Positions 34,186 through 44,357 of a DNA stretch of 44,424 bases are shown here, one piece after another; within the stretch, counting starts at the first letter, position 1; every line of letters begins with the position of its first letter. The DNA comes from a virus. Lineage: Duplodnaviria > Caudoviricetes. The DNA lies in the IMG/VR virus record IMGVR_UViG_3300032024_000074, positions 1 to 44,424 of that record; one strand, given 5' to 3'. The notes beneath the pieces were generated by a model. That model was not told the DNA's origin and ran no database searches. It saw only the letters and a program-made list of their open reading frames with translations. Position numbers and translations under genes: made by a program.

Positions 34186-36207
34186 CTAGGCGCCAGCGTT
34201 CTTGTAGAGGCCGCGATGATCGAGAGCCTTCGCCGCGAAGTCGATCCTGCACTTCGCCTCGATGCCATCGACGTCGAAGCCCATGCGCGTCTCGAGGTAC
34301 ACGCCCTCCTGCCCTTCGAGGTAGGCGTACTCGACGGTGTCGACCTGGCTCGGATCGGCTGCGAGATACCATGCGGTGGTCGTCCCGACGAGCCGCGGCT
34401 CGACGATGACCTCGATTCCAGACACGACCATGCCCGGGATTCCGAAGGCGTTGATGTCCGACGCCTTTCCGGCGATGACGACCGTCGGGCCGAGCGTCGT
34501 CGTGTACTTCTTCGCGACCGCCTCCTGATCGGGCTGTACGAGCAGGAACTTCGGCACCACGTTGATGTACTGGCCGTCAAGGCTCTTCTGCTTCCGCATA
34601 GCCGCCAGCGCGACGCCAAGAGACGTATCGCTGATGACCGTGCCAGTGCCGGCCAGGTTGGCATGCGTCGCGTGGAAGAGAGCGACAGTGTCGGCCAGCG
34701 CAGCGTTCGCCGTCAGGATCCCGTAGACGGTATCCGTCTCGAGATTCGCGGCCGCGATGCCGAAGAGCTCGGGCACCCGCGTGAAGGCTCCGAGATCGTC
34801 GTTGATGATCGCCTGGCGTGAGATCGACAGCACGCGGCCATAGGTCGCGAGCTTGTAGGTCTCCTTCCCTTCGCTCATCGTCCCGCGCTTGAACTCACCG
34901 TTCTCGCTCACCTTGAGCAGGGTCGGTGCGTCCCCGAGCTGGAGCCGCGACTGCTCCTTGAAGTCGGCCGCGTTCTGCTGCTTCGTCCACTTCTTCCACT
35001 CGCCGACGCGGAGGTCATACGCCGTCCGCAGAGACTTCCCCGCGACGCTCGCGAGGATGTACGGGAAGTCAGACGTCGCGTTGAACGCCAGCTCAGCCAC
35101 CCGGTAACGCGACTCTCCGCGATGCTTGATCCCGCGCGCCGTCAGGCACTCGCGGCCGATCTCGAGGAGCGACAGCCCGACGTACTGCTTGGCCGGCTCC
35201 GAGAGCTTGAACACGCTCGGATTGAACCGGTGCAGCATCTGGCTCTCGAGGGCCTCTCGCAGCGTGTCGAACTCGTCCTGCGTGCCCATCGTGATTCGAT
35301 GGTCGATTGTCACCTTTGCGTCCTCCTCGGCCTTCTTCATGATGGCCGCGTCTCGGAACTGCTCGACACCCATCCCGACGTCGAGCGCCTCCTGGATGAA
35401 CTCAGCCTTCATGCCGAGCGCGATCCCCGACTCGCGGATGGTCTTCACGCGCTTGCGCTCTGCCGTGACCGCCTGCGTCTTCAGCGCCTCGGCATCCACC
35501 GGGAGCAGCGCCGCCACCGGATCCGGATCGATCGTCAGTGTCACGGCCGGAACTACCGGATCGTTCTCTGCGCCGGTCACGCCGGCATCCAGCTCGGAAC
35601 CCTTGAGCATCTGGGCCTCCCTCTGCGCGGCGTCCGCGCGGTTTACGACCTCGACGCGACTTCGCGCCGTGGCCTTTGCATCGGGTGTCATGGTCTGGGC
35701 GCCCGAGTCTGCACCGATCGGGCACATCGAGAGCTCGCGGACGATATAGTCGACCGCGAGATAGGTCTTGATCTTGTCCTCGTTCTCCGTGATGTCCTGG
35801 AGCTTCTTGATCTCAATGCCGGGCGAGACGCATCGGATGATCCCGTCGGCGACCTTCATCCAGGTCGATTCAACCTCGGGCGTCTTCGCGAATCGCAGCG
35901 TGGCAAGCCCGCGCTTGCCGTCGACCGACGCCTTCTCGACGACGCCGATCACGTCGGCAAGCTCGTACGAGCCGTGCGTGTCAAGGACGGGAGCAGCGCC
36001 ATTAGCGAGCGAGAGGTCGACGTGTGTGGGATCCATCGAGAGCTGCAAGAACCACTTCTCGCCGGTCCAGCAGTCGAAGCGAGTGACCTTCTGTCCCGTG
36101 GACCAGACGCACTCGACGGTTCGGTTCTCGTGATCAACGCTCCCGGGCGTGAGATCTGCCGAGAGGTACTGGAGGGCCTCGATCTCTCGGAACACAGGCT
36201 CAGTCAT
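34186..36207 (-). CDS. Prohead protease / major capsid protein fusion
   Basis: Protease part PVLDTH, VSPG and ELSMCPIGAD; capsid part TSDFPYIL, TYGR..SISRQAIINDDLGAF and EYAYLEG. Confidence 0.92.
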   Translation of the reverse strand: MTEPVFREIEALQYLSADLTPGSVDHENRTVECVWSTGQKVTRFDCWTGEKWFLQLSMDPTHVDLSLANGAAPVLDTHGSYELADVIGVVEKASVDGKRGLATLRFAKTPEVESTWMKVADGIIRCVSPGIEIKKLQDITENEDKIKTYLAVDYIVRELSMCPIGADSGAQTMTPDAKATARSRVEVVNRADAAQREAQMLKGSELDAGVTGAENDPVVPAVTLTIDPDPVAALLPVDAEALKTQAVTAERKRVKTIRESGIALGMKAEFIQEALDVGMGVEQFRDAAIMKKAEEDAKVTIDHRITMGTQDEFDTLREALESQMLHRFNPSVFKLSEPAKQYVGLSLLEIGRECLTARGIKHRGESRYRVAELAFNATSDFPYILASVAGKSLRTAYDLRVGEWKKWTKQQNAADFKEQSRLQLGDAPTLLKVSENGEFKRGTMSEGKETYKLATYGRVLSISRQAIINDDLGAFTRVPELFGIAAANLETDTVYGILTANAALADTVALFHATHANLAGTGTVISDTSLGVALAAMRKQKSLDGQYINVVPKFLLVQPDQEAVAKKYTTTLGPTVVIAGKASDINAFGIPGMVVSGIEVIVEPRLVGTTTAWYLAADPSQVDTVEYAYLEGQEGVYLETRMGFDVDGIEAKCRIDFAAKALDHRGLYKNAGA

Positions 36208-36281
36208 ACGTCCTCCGCATGCACGACTCCCGCTCGCATTGCGACGCGGTCTCGTGCGATGAAATGAGTGGTGTAGTGGCG

Positions 36282-39191
36282 CTATGCGGCGCGGAGCATC
36301 ATCAGATCTTCGAAGTCACGGTCATCGAGCCAGGCCATGTCGGCGGTCCAGCCGGCTGCCTCGCCACGAAGCGCGACGACTCCAGCCCCAGCGCCGGCAA
36401 CGCCCCGCGCTGCATTCGCAAATCCGAGGAAGAACACCTCACCGCTAGCTTCTCCGGCGACTCCATGAACTCCGTCAGCGACGCCGACGAGCTGCTGGAT
36501 GAGCCCGGCTGCCGCGCCGTGCGTACCGTGAACACCTTCCGCCGCTCCGATGAGTGCCGGAACAGTCCCGGCGGCGGCCCCTGCAACACCGTGGACGCCG
36601 CGAGCCAAACCAATCGCGGCAACGATTCCACCCGCCGCGGAGCCACGAACCGCCCTCTTCCTTCGCGGGGCGTGAATCGGCGCGACTCGACCGCCGGCCG
36701 ATACCCAGCCGCCACCCCCACCGCTTCGAACGGGTAGCTGCTGATCGTGATACGCGAGCGCGGACCCAGTGAGATCCGGCACCACGCCCGCCGCGGTGCC
36801 GTAGACGACGTTCTCGCCGAAGGTGCCGACCGCCGAGCCTGTGAGCGCCGCGATCTCGCCCGCTGCGACGCCCGCGACGCCATGTGCACCGATCGCCTCG
36901 CCTACGGGCGCCTCGAGGACGCCAGCCGCGATCCCAACGGCTGCAACGATCCCGACTGCCGAGCCGGTCGCCTCGGTCGCGAGGCCGTCTGCGGTTCCTG
37001 CGACTCCATGCGCGCCCTGGGCTGCACCGGTCGGTGAGTCGATGACGCCGGCCGCGATACCAGAAACGGCAGGGCTCTCGAACGTTCCGACTGCGTCGCC
37101 CGTCGGCGAGGCGACCTGGCCTGCCGCCGTGCCCGCCACTCCATGAGCTGCAGTTGCCGCACCCGTCGGGCTTTCAATGTCCGCGGCCGCTTGGCCCGCA
37201 ACTCCGTGGACGCTCGAGGCCGAGCCGATGAGGCTAGGTACGACGCCGGCCCCGGTGCCGGAGACCACGGCGAGATCGAACGTGCCCGAGGCGGTGCCGG
37301 TGATCGCTGGGACCGACCCAGCCGCGGCACCCGCAACGCCGTGCGCTCCTGTTGCCTCCGCCGTGAGGTTTGGCACGTCCCCCGCGGCAGAGCCAACAAC
37401 CGTCGCGATCCCGGACGCACTCCCCGTGAGGCCTGAAACTTCGCCTGCGGCGATGCCCGCTACTCCGTGGACTCCTGCTGAGGCGCCGGTGAGCGCAGAG
37501 ACGATCCCAGCCGCCACCGCGGCGACGCCGTGAGCCCCAACAGCGGAGCCCGTCAGCGGCGAGACCGTCCCTGCGCCTGTCCCTACTGCGGCAACGATTC
37601 CGACCGCTGCGCCCGTAGCGTTGTCGATCTCTCCAGCCGCGGTCCCGGCCACCCCGTGCGCGGCCGCGGCCGCACCGGTTAGGTCCGGGACTACTCCAGT
37701 CCCTGTCCCGTAGGTGACCGGCAGATCGAACGTCGCGGTCGCGGCCCCAGTGGGAGCGGGGACCTCGCCCGCTGCCGTCCCCGCTACGCCGTGAGCCGCC
37801 GTAGCCGCTGCCGTGACCGAGGGTGCTACGCCCGCGCCCGCACCGACGACCGTGGCGATTCCTGATGCGCTCCCTGTGAGCGATGGCACTTCGCCGGCTG
37901 CCGTGCCGACTACGACCTGGACACCTTGAGCCGCTCCGATAAATGCAGGGATCGTGCCCGCTGCGGTGCCGGAGACACCATGCGCCGCCGTTGCTGATCC
38001 GGTCGGCGAGTCAACGCTCGCGCTTGCTGTGCCTGCGACACCGTGTGCGCCAGCGGCTGCCGCCGTGACGCTTGGCACCTCGCCAGCGGCCTGGCCAACG
38101 GCCGCGACGATCCCCGATGCGCTTCCCTCGAGCGCCTGGACTTGCCCCGCGGCCGTGCCGACCACGCCGTGGAGGCCTGTCGCTGAGCCGGTGACTGGAT
38201 CGACTTCGCCCGCCGCCTGGCCGACGACTACTTGCGCTCCAACGGCCGAGCCCGTGAGCGATGCGATCTCTCCCGCTGCAGTGCCGGCGACGCCGTGTAC
38301 GCCAACGGCCGATCCAGTCGGAGAGTCAATGATGCCGGCAGCGGTTCCAGAGACCGCCGCGGAGCCGAACGTTCCTGCGGCAGAGCCGGTCGGCGAGTCG
38401 ATGATGCCAGCGGCAGAGCCTGCGACGCCATGCGCTGCCGCCGCGGAGCCGGTCGGAGAAGCAACGCTCGCGCTTGCTGTACCTGCGACACCGTGAGATC
38501 CAGACACAGAGCCGGTCGGTGAAGCGACGACGCCGGCACCGGTGCCAGTGTACGTAACAGGCGTGATCGTCCCGGAGAACTCGATCCAGCCGCAGTACGC
38601 CGCGTCATATGTGTCGGTCTCGTTTTGGATTGCGTCGTATTGGGTAGTGCCGCCAGCCCCGGTTCCATACTTCGCCTGGGCCTTCGGAGTCGTGCCCGCG
38701 CCGTTGTAATACCCCAGCTCCAGCACGATATAGTCGCCGTCGGCAGCGGTCTGCGAGGTAATCGCCATCGCAGCGGCGATAGACTTGTTGCGATAACCAG
38801 AGCTGGGGAACTCGGTGACGTCACCGCGATTCCCCTGTGCGCACAGGGTCGCCTTGAACGCACCCGACGAATCCGCGAGGTACAGGTACGTGTTAATGGC
38901 GTTGACGTTGTCTTCAACGTTGTCTTCGTGGACATAGAGCTGCCCGGACCACGTTCCGCTGATCGTCTGCGCAGCGATGGGGCCGAAGACGTAGATCCGA
39001 TCGAGCGCCTTCTGGGCCGCCGTGTCTGACCAAGCGCCGATCAGCGTACCAGCGGCGGTGGCATCGGAGGCGCGCGGCGCAGTGAGCATCTTTCGGACGA
39101 GGTACTCGCTGTAGTAGGTCCAGTACTCCCCAACGATGCCGGGCGTGACCGGGGCCGCATCCGCGGCGCTGAAGTAGCCTTTGGTTGCCAT
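36282..39191 (-). CDS. Long Gly/Ala/Thr repeat protein, putative head fibre/filament scaffold
   Basis: ~210-aa globular N-terminus, about 33 repeats of ~21 aa (HGVAGTAAGxVxSxTGSAxGx), and an acidic-hydrophobic end DDRDFEDLMMLRAA. Confidence 0.7.
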   Translation of the reverse strand: MATKGYFSAADAAPVTPGIVGEYWTYYSEYLVRKMLTAPRASDATAAGTLIGAWSDTAAQKALDRIYVFGPIAAQTISGTWSGQLYVHEDNVEDNVNAINTYLYLADSSGAFKATLCAQGNRGDVTEFPSSGYRNKSIAAAMAITSQTAADGDYIVLELGYYNGAGTTPKAQAKYGTGAGGTTQYDAIQNETDTYDAAYCGWIEFSGTITPVTYTGTGAGVVASPTGSVSGSHGVAGTASASVASPTGSAAAAHGVAGSAAGIIDSPTGSAAGTFGSAAVSGTAAGIIDSPTGSAVGVHGVAGTAAGEIASLTGSAVGAQVVVGQAAGEVDPVTGSATGLHGVVGTAAGQVQALEGSASGIVAAVGQAAGEVPSVTAAAAGAHGVAGTASASVDSPTGSATAAHGVSGTAAGTIPAFIGAAQGVQVVVGTAAGEVPSLTGSASGIATVVGAGAGVAPSVTAAATAAHGVAGTAAGEVPAPTGAATATFDLPVTYGTGTGVVPDLTGAAAAAHGVAGTAAGEIDNATGAAVGIVAAVGTGAGTVSPLTGSAVGAHGVAAVAAGIVSALTGASAGVHGVAGIAAGEVSGLTGSASGIATVVGSAAGDVPNLTAEATGAHGVAGAAAGSVPAITGTASGTFDLAVVSGTGAGVVPSLIGSASSVHGVAGQAAADIESPTGAATAAHGVAGTAAGQVASPTGDAVGTFESPAVSGIAAGVIDSPTGAAQGAHGVAGTADGLATEATGSAVGIVAAVGIAAGVLEAPVGEAIGAHGVAGVAAGEIAALTGSAVGTFGENVVYGTAAGVVPDLTGSALAYHDQQLPVRSGGGGGWVSAGGRVAPIHAPRRKRAVRGSAAGGIVAAIGLARGVHGVAGAAAGTVPALIGAAEGVHGTHGAAAGLIQQLVGVADGVHGVAGEASGEVFFLGFANAARGVAGAGAGVVALRGEAAGWTADMAWLDDRDFEDLMMLRAA
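36350..38555 (-). repeat. ~63-bp degenerate coding repeats (28 units, a linker, then ~5 units)
   Basis: Counted by eye from the translation. Confidence 0.85.
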
Positions 39192-39596
39192 CTACTTGTC
39201 CCAGCCGAAGAGCGCAACGCCGGTATCCCACAGCGCAGCCGCAGCGTCGTCGAACAGCTGCTTCTCGACCGGCCTAATCGCCGCCGAAAACTCCGCCTTA
39301 CCCTCTGCCTTCTTCCCTTCATCCTCCTTCGCTTTCAGTACCGCGTTGGCCGTCACGAGCGTCGCGTCCACGACAGCCTTTGCGGGGGCCACCGCAGCGA
39401 GAAACGACGCAAGAGCACTCCCGGTGAACACAGCCTTCCCCAGCCACAGCAGGTCAAGCCCGATCGCACGAGCCCGGACACAGTTCTTCTTCGTGATGTA
39501 GTCGCCCTGCGGCCACTCTTGCTCGAAGAGAATGCACTGATCCTCGCAGGCCGGGATCTTGCGGAGCCAGTCTGCGTCAATGAACGGGCCCGGCAT
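39192..39596 (-). CDS. Hypothetical helical protein
   Basis: WLRKIPACEDQ..LFEQEWPQG...GLDLLW motif; abuts the repeat-protein start. Confidence 0.7.
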   Translation of the reverse strand: MPGPFIDADWLRKIPACEDQCILFEQEWPQGDYITKKNCVRARAIGLDLLWLGKAVFTGSALASFLAAVAPAKAVVDATLVTANAVLKAKEDEGKKAEGKAEFSAAIRPVEKQLFDDAAAALWDTGVALFGWDK

Positions 39597-39602
39597 CGCG
39601 CC

Positions 39603-40025
39603 CTACGGCAGCGTGATCGTGAAGCTGGTGATCTGGATCGGGCCACCGGTGACGATGCTGAGCGTGTTCAGGTTGATGACGCCGCCAGAGGTCGCCACGT
39701 CGCAGTCGAAGACCTTGGTCGTGCCGTTGGCCTTCAAGATGCGCGCCCAGGCGGCCGTACCCGTCGCGTCCGCCCCCGAGTCCTGCGTGATGAGGTACGA
39801 GCTCTGCCCCGCGGTCCAGATGTCGCTCGTGGTGCTGGCACCAGGGGCCGGCGGCGATGCGAACGTAAGCGTGCCGAGCTTGACCTGCGCGCCGATCGCC
39901 GTGTCCGGCGTCGCCGGCGTCGTGCCGGTGTAGATTTCGATAATACCGGCGTTCCCGATCGCGGTCGTGATCGCGTCGAGCATGGCGTCGCGTGTTGCGT
40001 TCGCAAAGCGGATCGTATTTGCCAT
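39603..40025 (-). CDS. Small beta-rich structural protein, possible fibre subunit
   Basis: RDAMLDAI...IEIYTG..PA...ADATGTAAWARI...DV..SG..INL....I..GGPIQITSFTITLP resembles a widespread phage virion family; AGGAGA RBS. Confidence 0.65.
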   Translation of the reverse strand: MANTIRFANATRDAMLDAITTAIGNAGIIEIYTGTTPATPDTAIGAQVKLGTLTFASPPAPGASTTSDIWTAGQSSYLITQDSGADATGTAAWARILKANGTTKVFDCDVATSGGVINLNTLSIVTGGPIQITSFTITLP

Positions 40026-40092
40026 AGAGGTCTCCTAGCGGGCCGGGTGGCCCGAGTTGAAAAGCGCGAGTGTGGTTGGTGAGCGAGGAGCG

Positions 40093-41727
40093 CTAGCGGA
40101 TGAGGGTCACGACTTCAGAGCCAGGAGCCATTTGCGCGCGCTCCTCGGTAACGGACTCGATTCGACCGTCCTTACCGCGATGCACCTTGCGGATGACCGA
40201 CTGCGGCAAGGCAAACGATAGTTGCGCCGATGCCTTCGCCGCGGACGGAGCCGGCGTATCGAGCGCGTTTGGATCCTGTGTCTGCACGACGCCACCGCGT
40301 GCCACTTTACGCGGATCGACGTCGAGCACGATGCCGGCGTCGTCGAATGCCTTGTTCGTCGCCGCGATCGCCTCGCGCTGCTTCGCGGGGTCGTAGCCGC
40401 GGCGTCGAACGACTTCGTCCCATGCCTCGAATCCGTTTCGGACGTCGAGCTGCTCGGCCGTCGCGTCCTTCAGTGGGTCGACGTGCTCCCAGCGCGGCGG
40501 GCTCCACTCAACTCCCAGCCCTGATCGCTTGGTCAGCCCAAGCCCTACTGCAAGGGTCTCCACGGCGGAAAAGCACGGGGTAAACACCTGCGGGATGAGC
40601 GTCGTCCAGCGGTACTCTTCAATGATCGATCGGAAGTCGAGTCGACCAGCCCGCATGTTCGAGTAGTTAGAGTCTGAGAGGTCTCCTGTGAGCTGCGCGT
40701 AGGTGACTCCGATCCCTGCCGCGATCGCGTGGAGCCGAGCCTTCACGAACGAGTCGTAACCACCGGACGCCTTCGGGTCTCCGAACGTGATCGACTCGCC
40801 ATTCTTCAAGTACCGCAGGACGCCGGGCTCTAGGCCTTCGACGCGATCGTGCGCCGCCGACGTGACGGCGGACCCCACCGATTCGACCTCGGCTCCTTCT
40901 TGGGTCGTTATAAACCCAGCGAAGCATGCCTCGATCCGCTTTCGAACGATCTCCGCGTCCTCGTAGTCCGCAAGGTCCCGCATTGACAGCATCGACGGCG
41001 CGAACCACGTCACTCCGTGCGTCTGCCCCGGGCGCAGCTTCTCGAAGGCGTAGAGCAGGCTCTCGGCCGGAACCCGCTGGCTCGCCGTGCCGCGAAACCG
41101 CGACGCTGATACGTGAGAGTCGCCGGGATGCGTCGGGAAGAGCCAGTACGCCTTGCACTGGCCAAAGAGGTTGTACTCGATGCCCGCGCGGATGATCCCG
41201 CCCGGTATCTCGCCGTTCTTCGCTGTATCGATGTGGTCCGGCTCCATCACCTGGAGCTGGAGCGGGATCTCGAATCCATCGCTCAGCATGCGAGCCCGCA
41301 GCCGCACCAAGACGGAGCCGCTCTCTGGAATTGTGCGCGCGATCAGCCCCTGGATCCCGTAGAAGTCAAGATGCCCGTCCGCGTCGCAGTAGCTTGTCCA
41401 GCGGTCCCAGATCGCCTGGAGCTTCGAGTCCTTCGACTGCGCGACGATCCCGGTCCCTACCGAGCTTGATCGGATGACGCGCAACGCCTTCGCCGCGTAG
41501 GCGTTGTCGCGAACTAGCTCCCGCGCTCTGCTTCGCAGGTTGAACTGCGCCGGTAGTATCTCGGCGTCTGCAGAGGTTCCCGAGGCGATCCACCCGCCGG
41601 TGCGCCGCCCGGTTTTCGCGCCTTCGTAGCTGAGCCGCTCCATCCGCTGGAGCGAGAGCCGCGCGGCAACGCGCCGAACGCCTCGCTGGGGACTGACCCA
41701 TCCGATCGCGCGATCGATCCACGCCAC
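40093..41727 (-). CDS. Portal protein, lambda family
   Basis: YEGAKTGRR..GW, LRSRARELVRDN, RPGQTHGV.W, LTGDLS..NYS and VDPLKD motifs. Confidence 0.95.
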   Translation of the reverse strand: MAWIDRAIGWVSPQRGVRRVAARLSLQRMERLSYEGAKTGRRTGGWIASGTSADAEILPAQFNLRSRARELVRDNAYAAKALRVIRSSSVGTGIVAQSKDSKLQAIWDRWTSYCDADGHLDFYGIQGLIARTIPESGSVLVRLRARMLSDGFEIPLQLQVMEPDHIDTAKNGEIPGGIIRAGIEYNLFGQCKAYWLFPTHPGDSHVSASRFRGTASQRVPAESLLYAFEKLRPGQTHGVTWFAPSMLSMRDLADYEDAEIVRKRIEACFAGFITTQEGAEVESVGSAVTSAAHDRVEGLEPGVLRYLKNGESITFGDPKASGGYDSFVKARLHAIAAGIGVTYAQLTGDLSDSNYSNMRAGRLDFRSIIEEYRWTTLIPQVFTPCFSAVETLAVGLGLTKRSGLGVEWSPPRWEHVDPLKDATAEQLDVRNGFEAWDEVVRRRGYDPAKQREAIAATNKAFDDAGIVLDVDPRKVARGGVVQTQDPNALDTPAPSAAKASAQLSFALPQSVIRKVHRGKDGRIESVTEERAQMAPGSEVVTLIR

Positions 41728-41733
41728 GCTGCT

Positions 41734-41940
41734 CTAGCCCCGCGAGTGCTGGACGTAGGCCGTCCGTGACTTCGCCGTGCCGGACGTTGCCGCGATCTCA
41801 GCGGTCATCAGCCGGTCGAGCTCCATCATCTCCTGTAGCGTCTGGTAGGCGACGGTGTTTCCGGAGTTGTACGTGACCGACTTGACGCCCTTCGCCATCG
41901 CAGCGCGAAGCACGTCCTGATCCGACTGCGTCCAGGCCAT
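41734..41940 (-). CDS. Head completion protein gpW-like
   Basis: MAWTQSD...LRAAMAKGVKSVTY...V.YQTL.EM; lies between TerL and portal; GGAGG RBS. Confidence 0.85.
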   Translation of the reverse strand: MAWTQSDQDVLRAAMAKGVKSVTYNSGNTVAYQTLQEMMELDRLMTAEIAATSGTAKSRTAYVQHSRG

Positions 41941-41941
41941 G

Positions 41942-43939
41942 TCACCTCCGGAGCCAGTTGCGGCCGCCGCGATCTCCGAGCCAAGAGGAGGCAGGACGCT
42001 GGGCGAGCGGCGCTGGTGCGGGAGCGTGTGCGACCTGGCGAATCGGGAAATCCTTCCGCGCCATCTCGACTCGCGTCGCGTGCGTCTCGACCTCTCGCTC
42101 GAGCCGCAACCCCTTAGCGATGAGACCGAGCAGCGCCGCATAGGCGTAGAGCAGGAGATCCCATGGCTCGTTTCGCGGCCGTACCTTGATCCACTCGCGC
42201 ACCGCGAAGCCGCGGCGGTACTTCGTTCGAGGCCGCTCGGCCGTCAGCCCCTCGAAGTAGTCCGGATCTCGGTCCGTGCTGAAGTGGATGAAGCCCTGAC
42301 TCGGCTGCTCAATCCCGAGACGCTTCGAGAGTGTGTCCTTCGCCGCGTCGACCTTGAGCGTGTAGAGCGGGACCTTCCCCTTGTTCTTCGTGCTCGCGCT
42401 GTCGGGCCAGACCTTCCCAGGGCCACCAGAGCCGCGGATGGCGAACCCGAACTGGCGCGTGCCGTCGATCATCTTTCGGATCGTGCGGCCCTTCTGGCGC
42501 ACGAAGGCGTAGGCCTGAAGCGTGTGGTGGCCACCCGTGTCAAGGCACCACGCCCGGACGTACATCGGAAAGCCGGCCTCGCTCTTGCGCTCGCGCAGGA
42601 AGAACTCGTCCACGCTGTCCCAGAGCGCGTCGGTCGAAGGGTCGCCATAGAGCACCTGGTGCTCGAGCACCCAGCACTCCTGGCCCTTTCCCCAGCCGAC
42701 GCACTTGACCTCGATCCGGTCGTCCTGGACGTCTGCACTCGCCGTGAGGATCGCGGCACCCGCCGGCACCATGGGGCCGTCTTCATCTCGCGGGTACGTC
42801 TCCCTGCGAGCGAGGAGCGCGCCCTCCTCGGCGATCTCGCCATCGTCACCCTCCCACCACTCGGCGAGCATGGTGGTGACGAAGACCTTCAGGAGCTCCG
42901 GATCACCCTGGCAGTCGAGCCACTCCTGCACGAAGTCCGCGAGGCACCGGCTCTCGAACGGGTCGTAGAGGCAGTTGAGGCGGAAGCCGGCGATGCCACG
43001 GAATGGAGCGGTCGCGCGCCACTGCCCCCAGCGCACCGAAGCGCGGCGCTTCGTATCCGACCATGCGGAGCCGCACTGCTCGCAGCCGTAGACGGCCGTC
43101 TCCGGAAGATGGCTTCCGGCCTTGTCCTTCTCCCAGTGGACCTGACCCCAGACGAGCGTCTGCTCGTGCCCGCAGTCGGGGCACGGAACGAAGTAGAGGC
43201 GCTGGTCGCTCTTCTCCCACAGCCGCCAGGAGCGCGACGTGAGCTTCATCCCGGGCGACGTCGTCCAGACGATCTTTCGATTCCAGAACTTCGCCGTGCG
43301 GCGCCGTGCGAGCGCGGCAGGGTCTCCTTCCGTGCCGGCACTCATCGGGAATCGGTCGAGCTCGTCGCCGAAGACACGACGGATGGGGCGCGCCGACAGG
43401 CCGATCGGCGCATTGGCGCCGACCACTGATAGGTGACCTCCAGCAAAATACTTGCCGAGGATCGTGTTCCCGCTGTCGCGAGCCTTCGGGTCGCTCACCT
43501 TGCCGTGCAAGCACGGCGTGTCCCGCAGCATCGTAGCGAGGCGGTCTTTCGACCACGTCTCGCCCGCGTCGACCGTGGGGTGGATCACGAGAATCGGAGA
43601 CGGGTCGTCCGTGATCGCTTGACCGATGCCGTTATTGATTGCTTCTGTTTTTCCCTGCTGGGAGGCGAATACCCCAAGGACCTCAGGGATCGTTGGATCC
43701 GAGATCGCGTCCATGAACCCGCGCAGGTACTCAGCGCGGCTGGTCTTCCACTTCCCGACCTCTGCGCTTGCCTCTGGACTTAGAACTCGCTCCTGGTCGG
43801 CCCACTCGCTTGCGCTTCGGCTTGGCGGTGGCCGCATCGCCGACAGCGCCGTCGCCGACGCCCGTAGCTGGGATCTGCTCAGCAGCGGCTTGCGCGGCGT
43901 CGCCAAGAGCGGCGAGCATCGAAAGGGCTTCATGGACAT
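41942..43939 (-). CDS. Terminase large subunit, lambda GpA family (start uncertain)
   Basis: SEWAD, ASQQGKTE (Walker A), GDELD (Walker B), SDQRLYFVPCPDCG, DVQDDR, DTGGH and RNEPWDL. Confidence 0.95.
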   Translation of the reverse strand: MSMKPFRCSPLLATPRKPLLSRSQLRASATALSAMRPPPSRSASEWADQERVLSPEASAEVGKWKTSRAEYLRGFMDAISDPTIPEVLGVFASQQGKTEAINNGIGQAITDDPSPILVIHPTVDAGETWSKDRLATMLRDTPCLHGKVSDPKARDSGNTILGKYFAGGHLSVVGANAPIGLSARPIRRVFGDELDRFPMSAGTEGDPAALARRRTAKFWNRKIVWTTSPGMKLTSRSWRLWEKSDQRLYFVPCPDCGHEQTLVWGQVHWEKDKAGSHLPETAVYGCEQCGSAWSDTKRRASVRWGQWRATAPFRGIAGFRLNCLYDPFESRCLADFVQEWLDCQGDPELLKVFVTTMLAEWWEGDDGEIAEEGALLARRETYPRDEDGPMVPAGAAILTASADVQDDRIEVKCVGWGKGQECWVLEHQVLYGDPSTDALWDSVDEFFLRERKSEAGFPMYVRAWCLDTGGHHTLQAYAFVRQKGRTIRKMIDGTRQFGFAIRGSGGPGKVWPDSASTKNKGKVPLYTLKVDAAKDTLSKRLGIEQPSQGFIHFSTDRDPDYFEGLTAERPRTKYRRGFAVREWIKVRPRNEPWDLLLYAYAALLGLIAKGLRLEREVETHATRVEMARKDFPIRQVAHAPAPAPLAQRPASSWLGDRGGRNWLRR

Positions 43940-44357
43940 GCTCTCGGATCACCGCCGCGCGCTGGACGATCGTCTCGGCCCCGTCGAGTGCGGGTGCCAG
44001 CTTCGACTCGAGGGCCAGGAGCGCGGCGCGGATCGCGGTCGACACCGCAACCATCGTCGCCTCGGTCTCGTCAACCGAGAGCAGCTCGCCGCGCGTGACG
44101 GCGTTCTTCATGGCTTGGGCGTCGGCCTGCTGATTCGCGAGCCGAGCGCGTTCGGCCTCGAGGCTGAGTCCTGTGCCGATCCCGTAGATCACGGGCAGCG
44201 CTAGCCGGGGTACGAAGTAGAGCGAGCGGCCGTCGCGGGCGACCGGCTCGAGGCCGGCCAGCCGAAGGAGTTTGCTGACCGTGTCCTTGGCTCGGCCGGT
44301 AAGCTCCGCAAGCTGGGTCAACGACAAGCGCGAGAGGTCAGCCTTGTGCGTGGGCAT
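43731..44357 (-). CDS. Terminase small subunit, Nu1-like
   Basis: N-terminal HTH LSLTQLAELTG..KDTV and ERARL...QAD...KN...RGEL; overlaps the TerL 5' end. Confidence 0.85.
   Translation of the reverse strand: MPTHKADLSRLSLTQLAELTGRAKDTVSKLLRLAGLEPVARDGRSLYFVPRLALPVIYGIGTGLSLEAERARLANQQADAQAMKNAVTRGELLSVDETEATMVAVSTAIRAALLALESKLAPALDGAETIVQRAAVIREHVHEALSMLAALGDAAQAAAEQIPATGVGDGAVGDAATAKPKRKRVGRPGASSKSRGKRRGREVEDQPR

Noticed and set aside
43731-43939. Long TerS/TerL overlap as a novel feature
   Set aside because: Overlap of Nu1-like and GpA-like genes is common, and the TerL start is uncertain.
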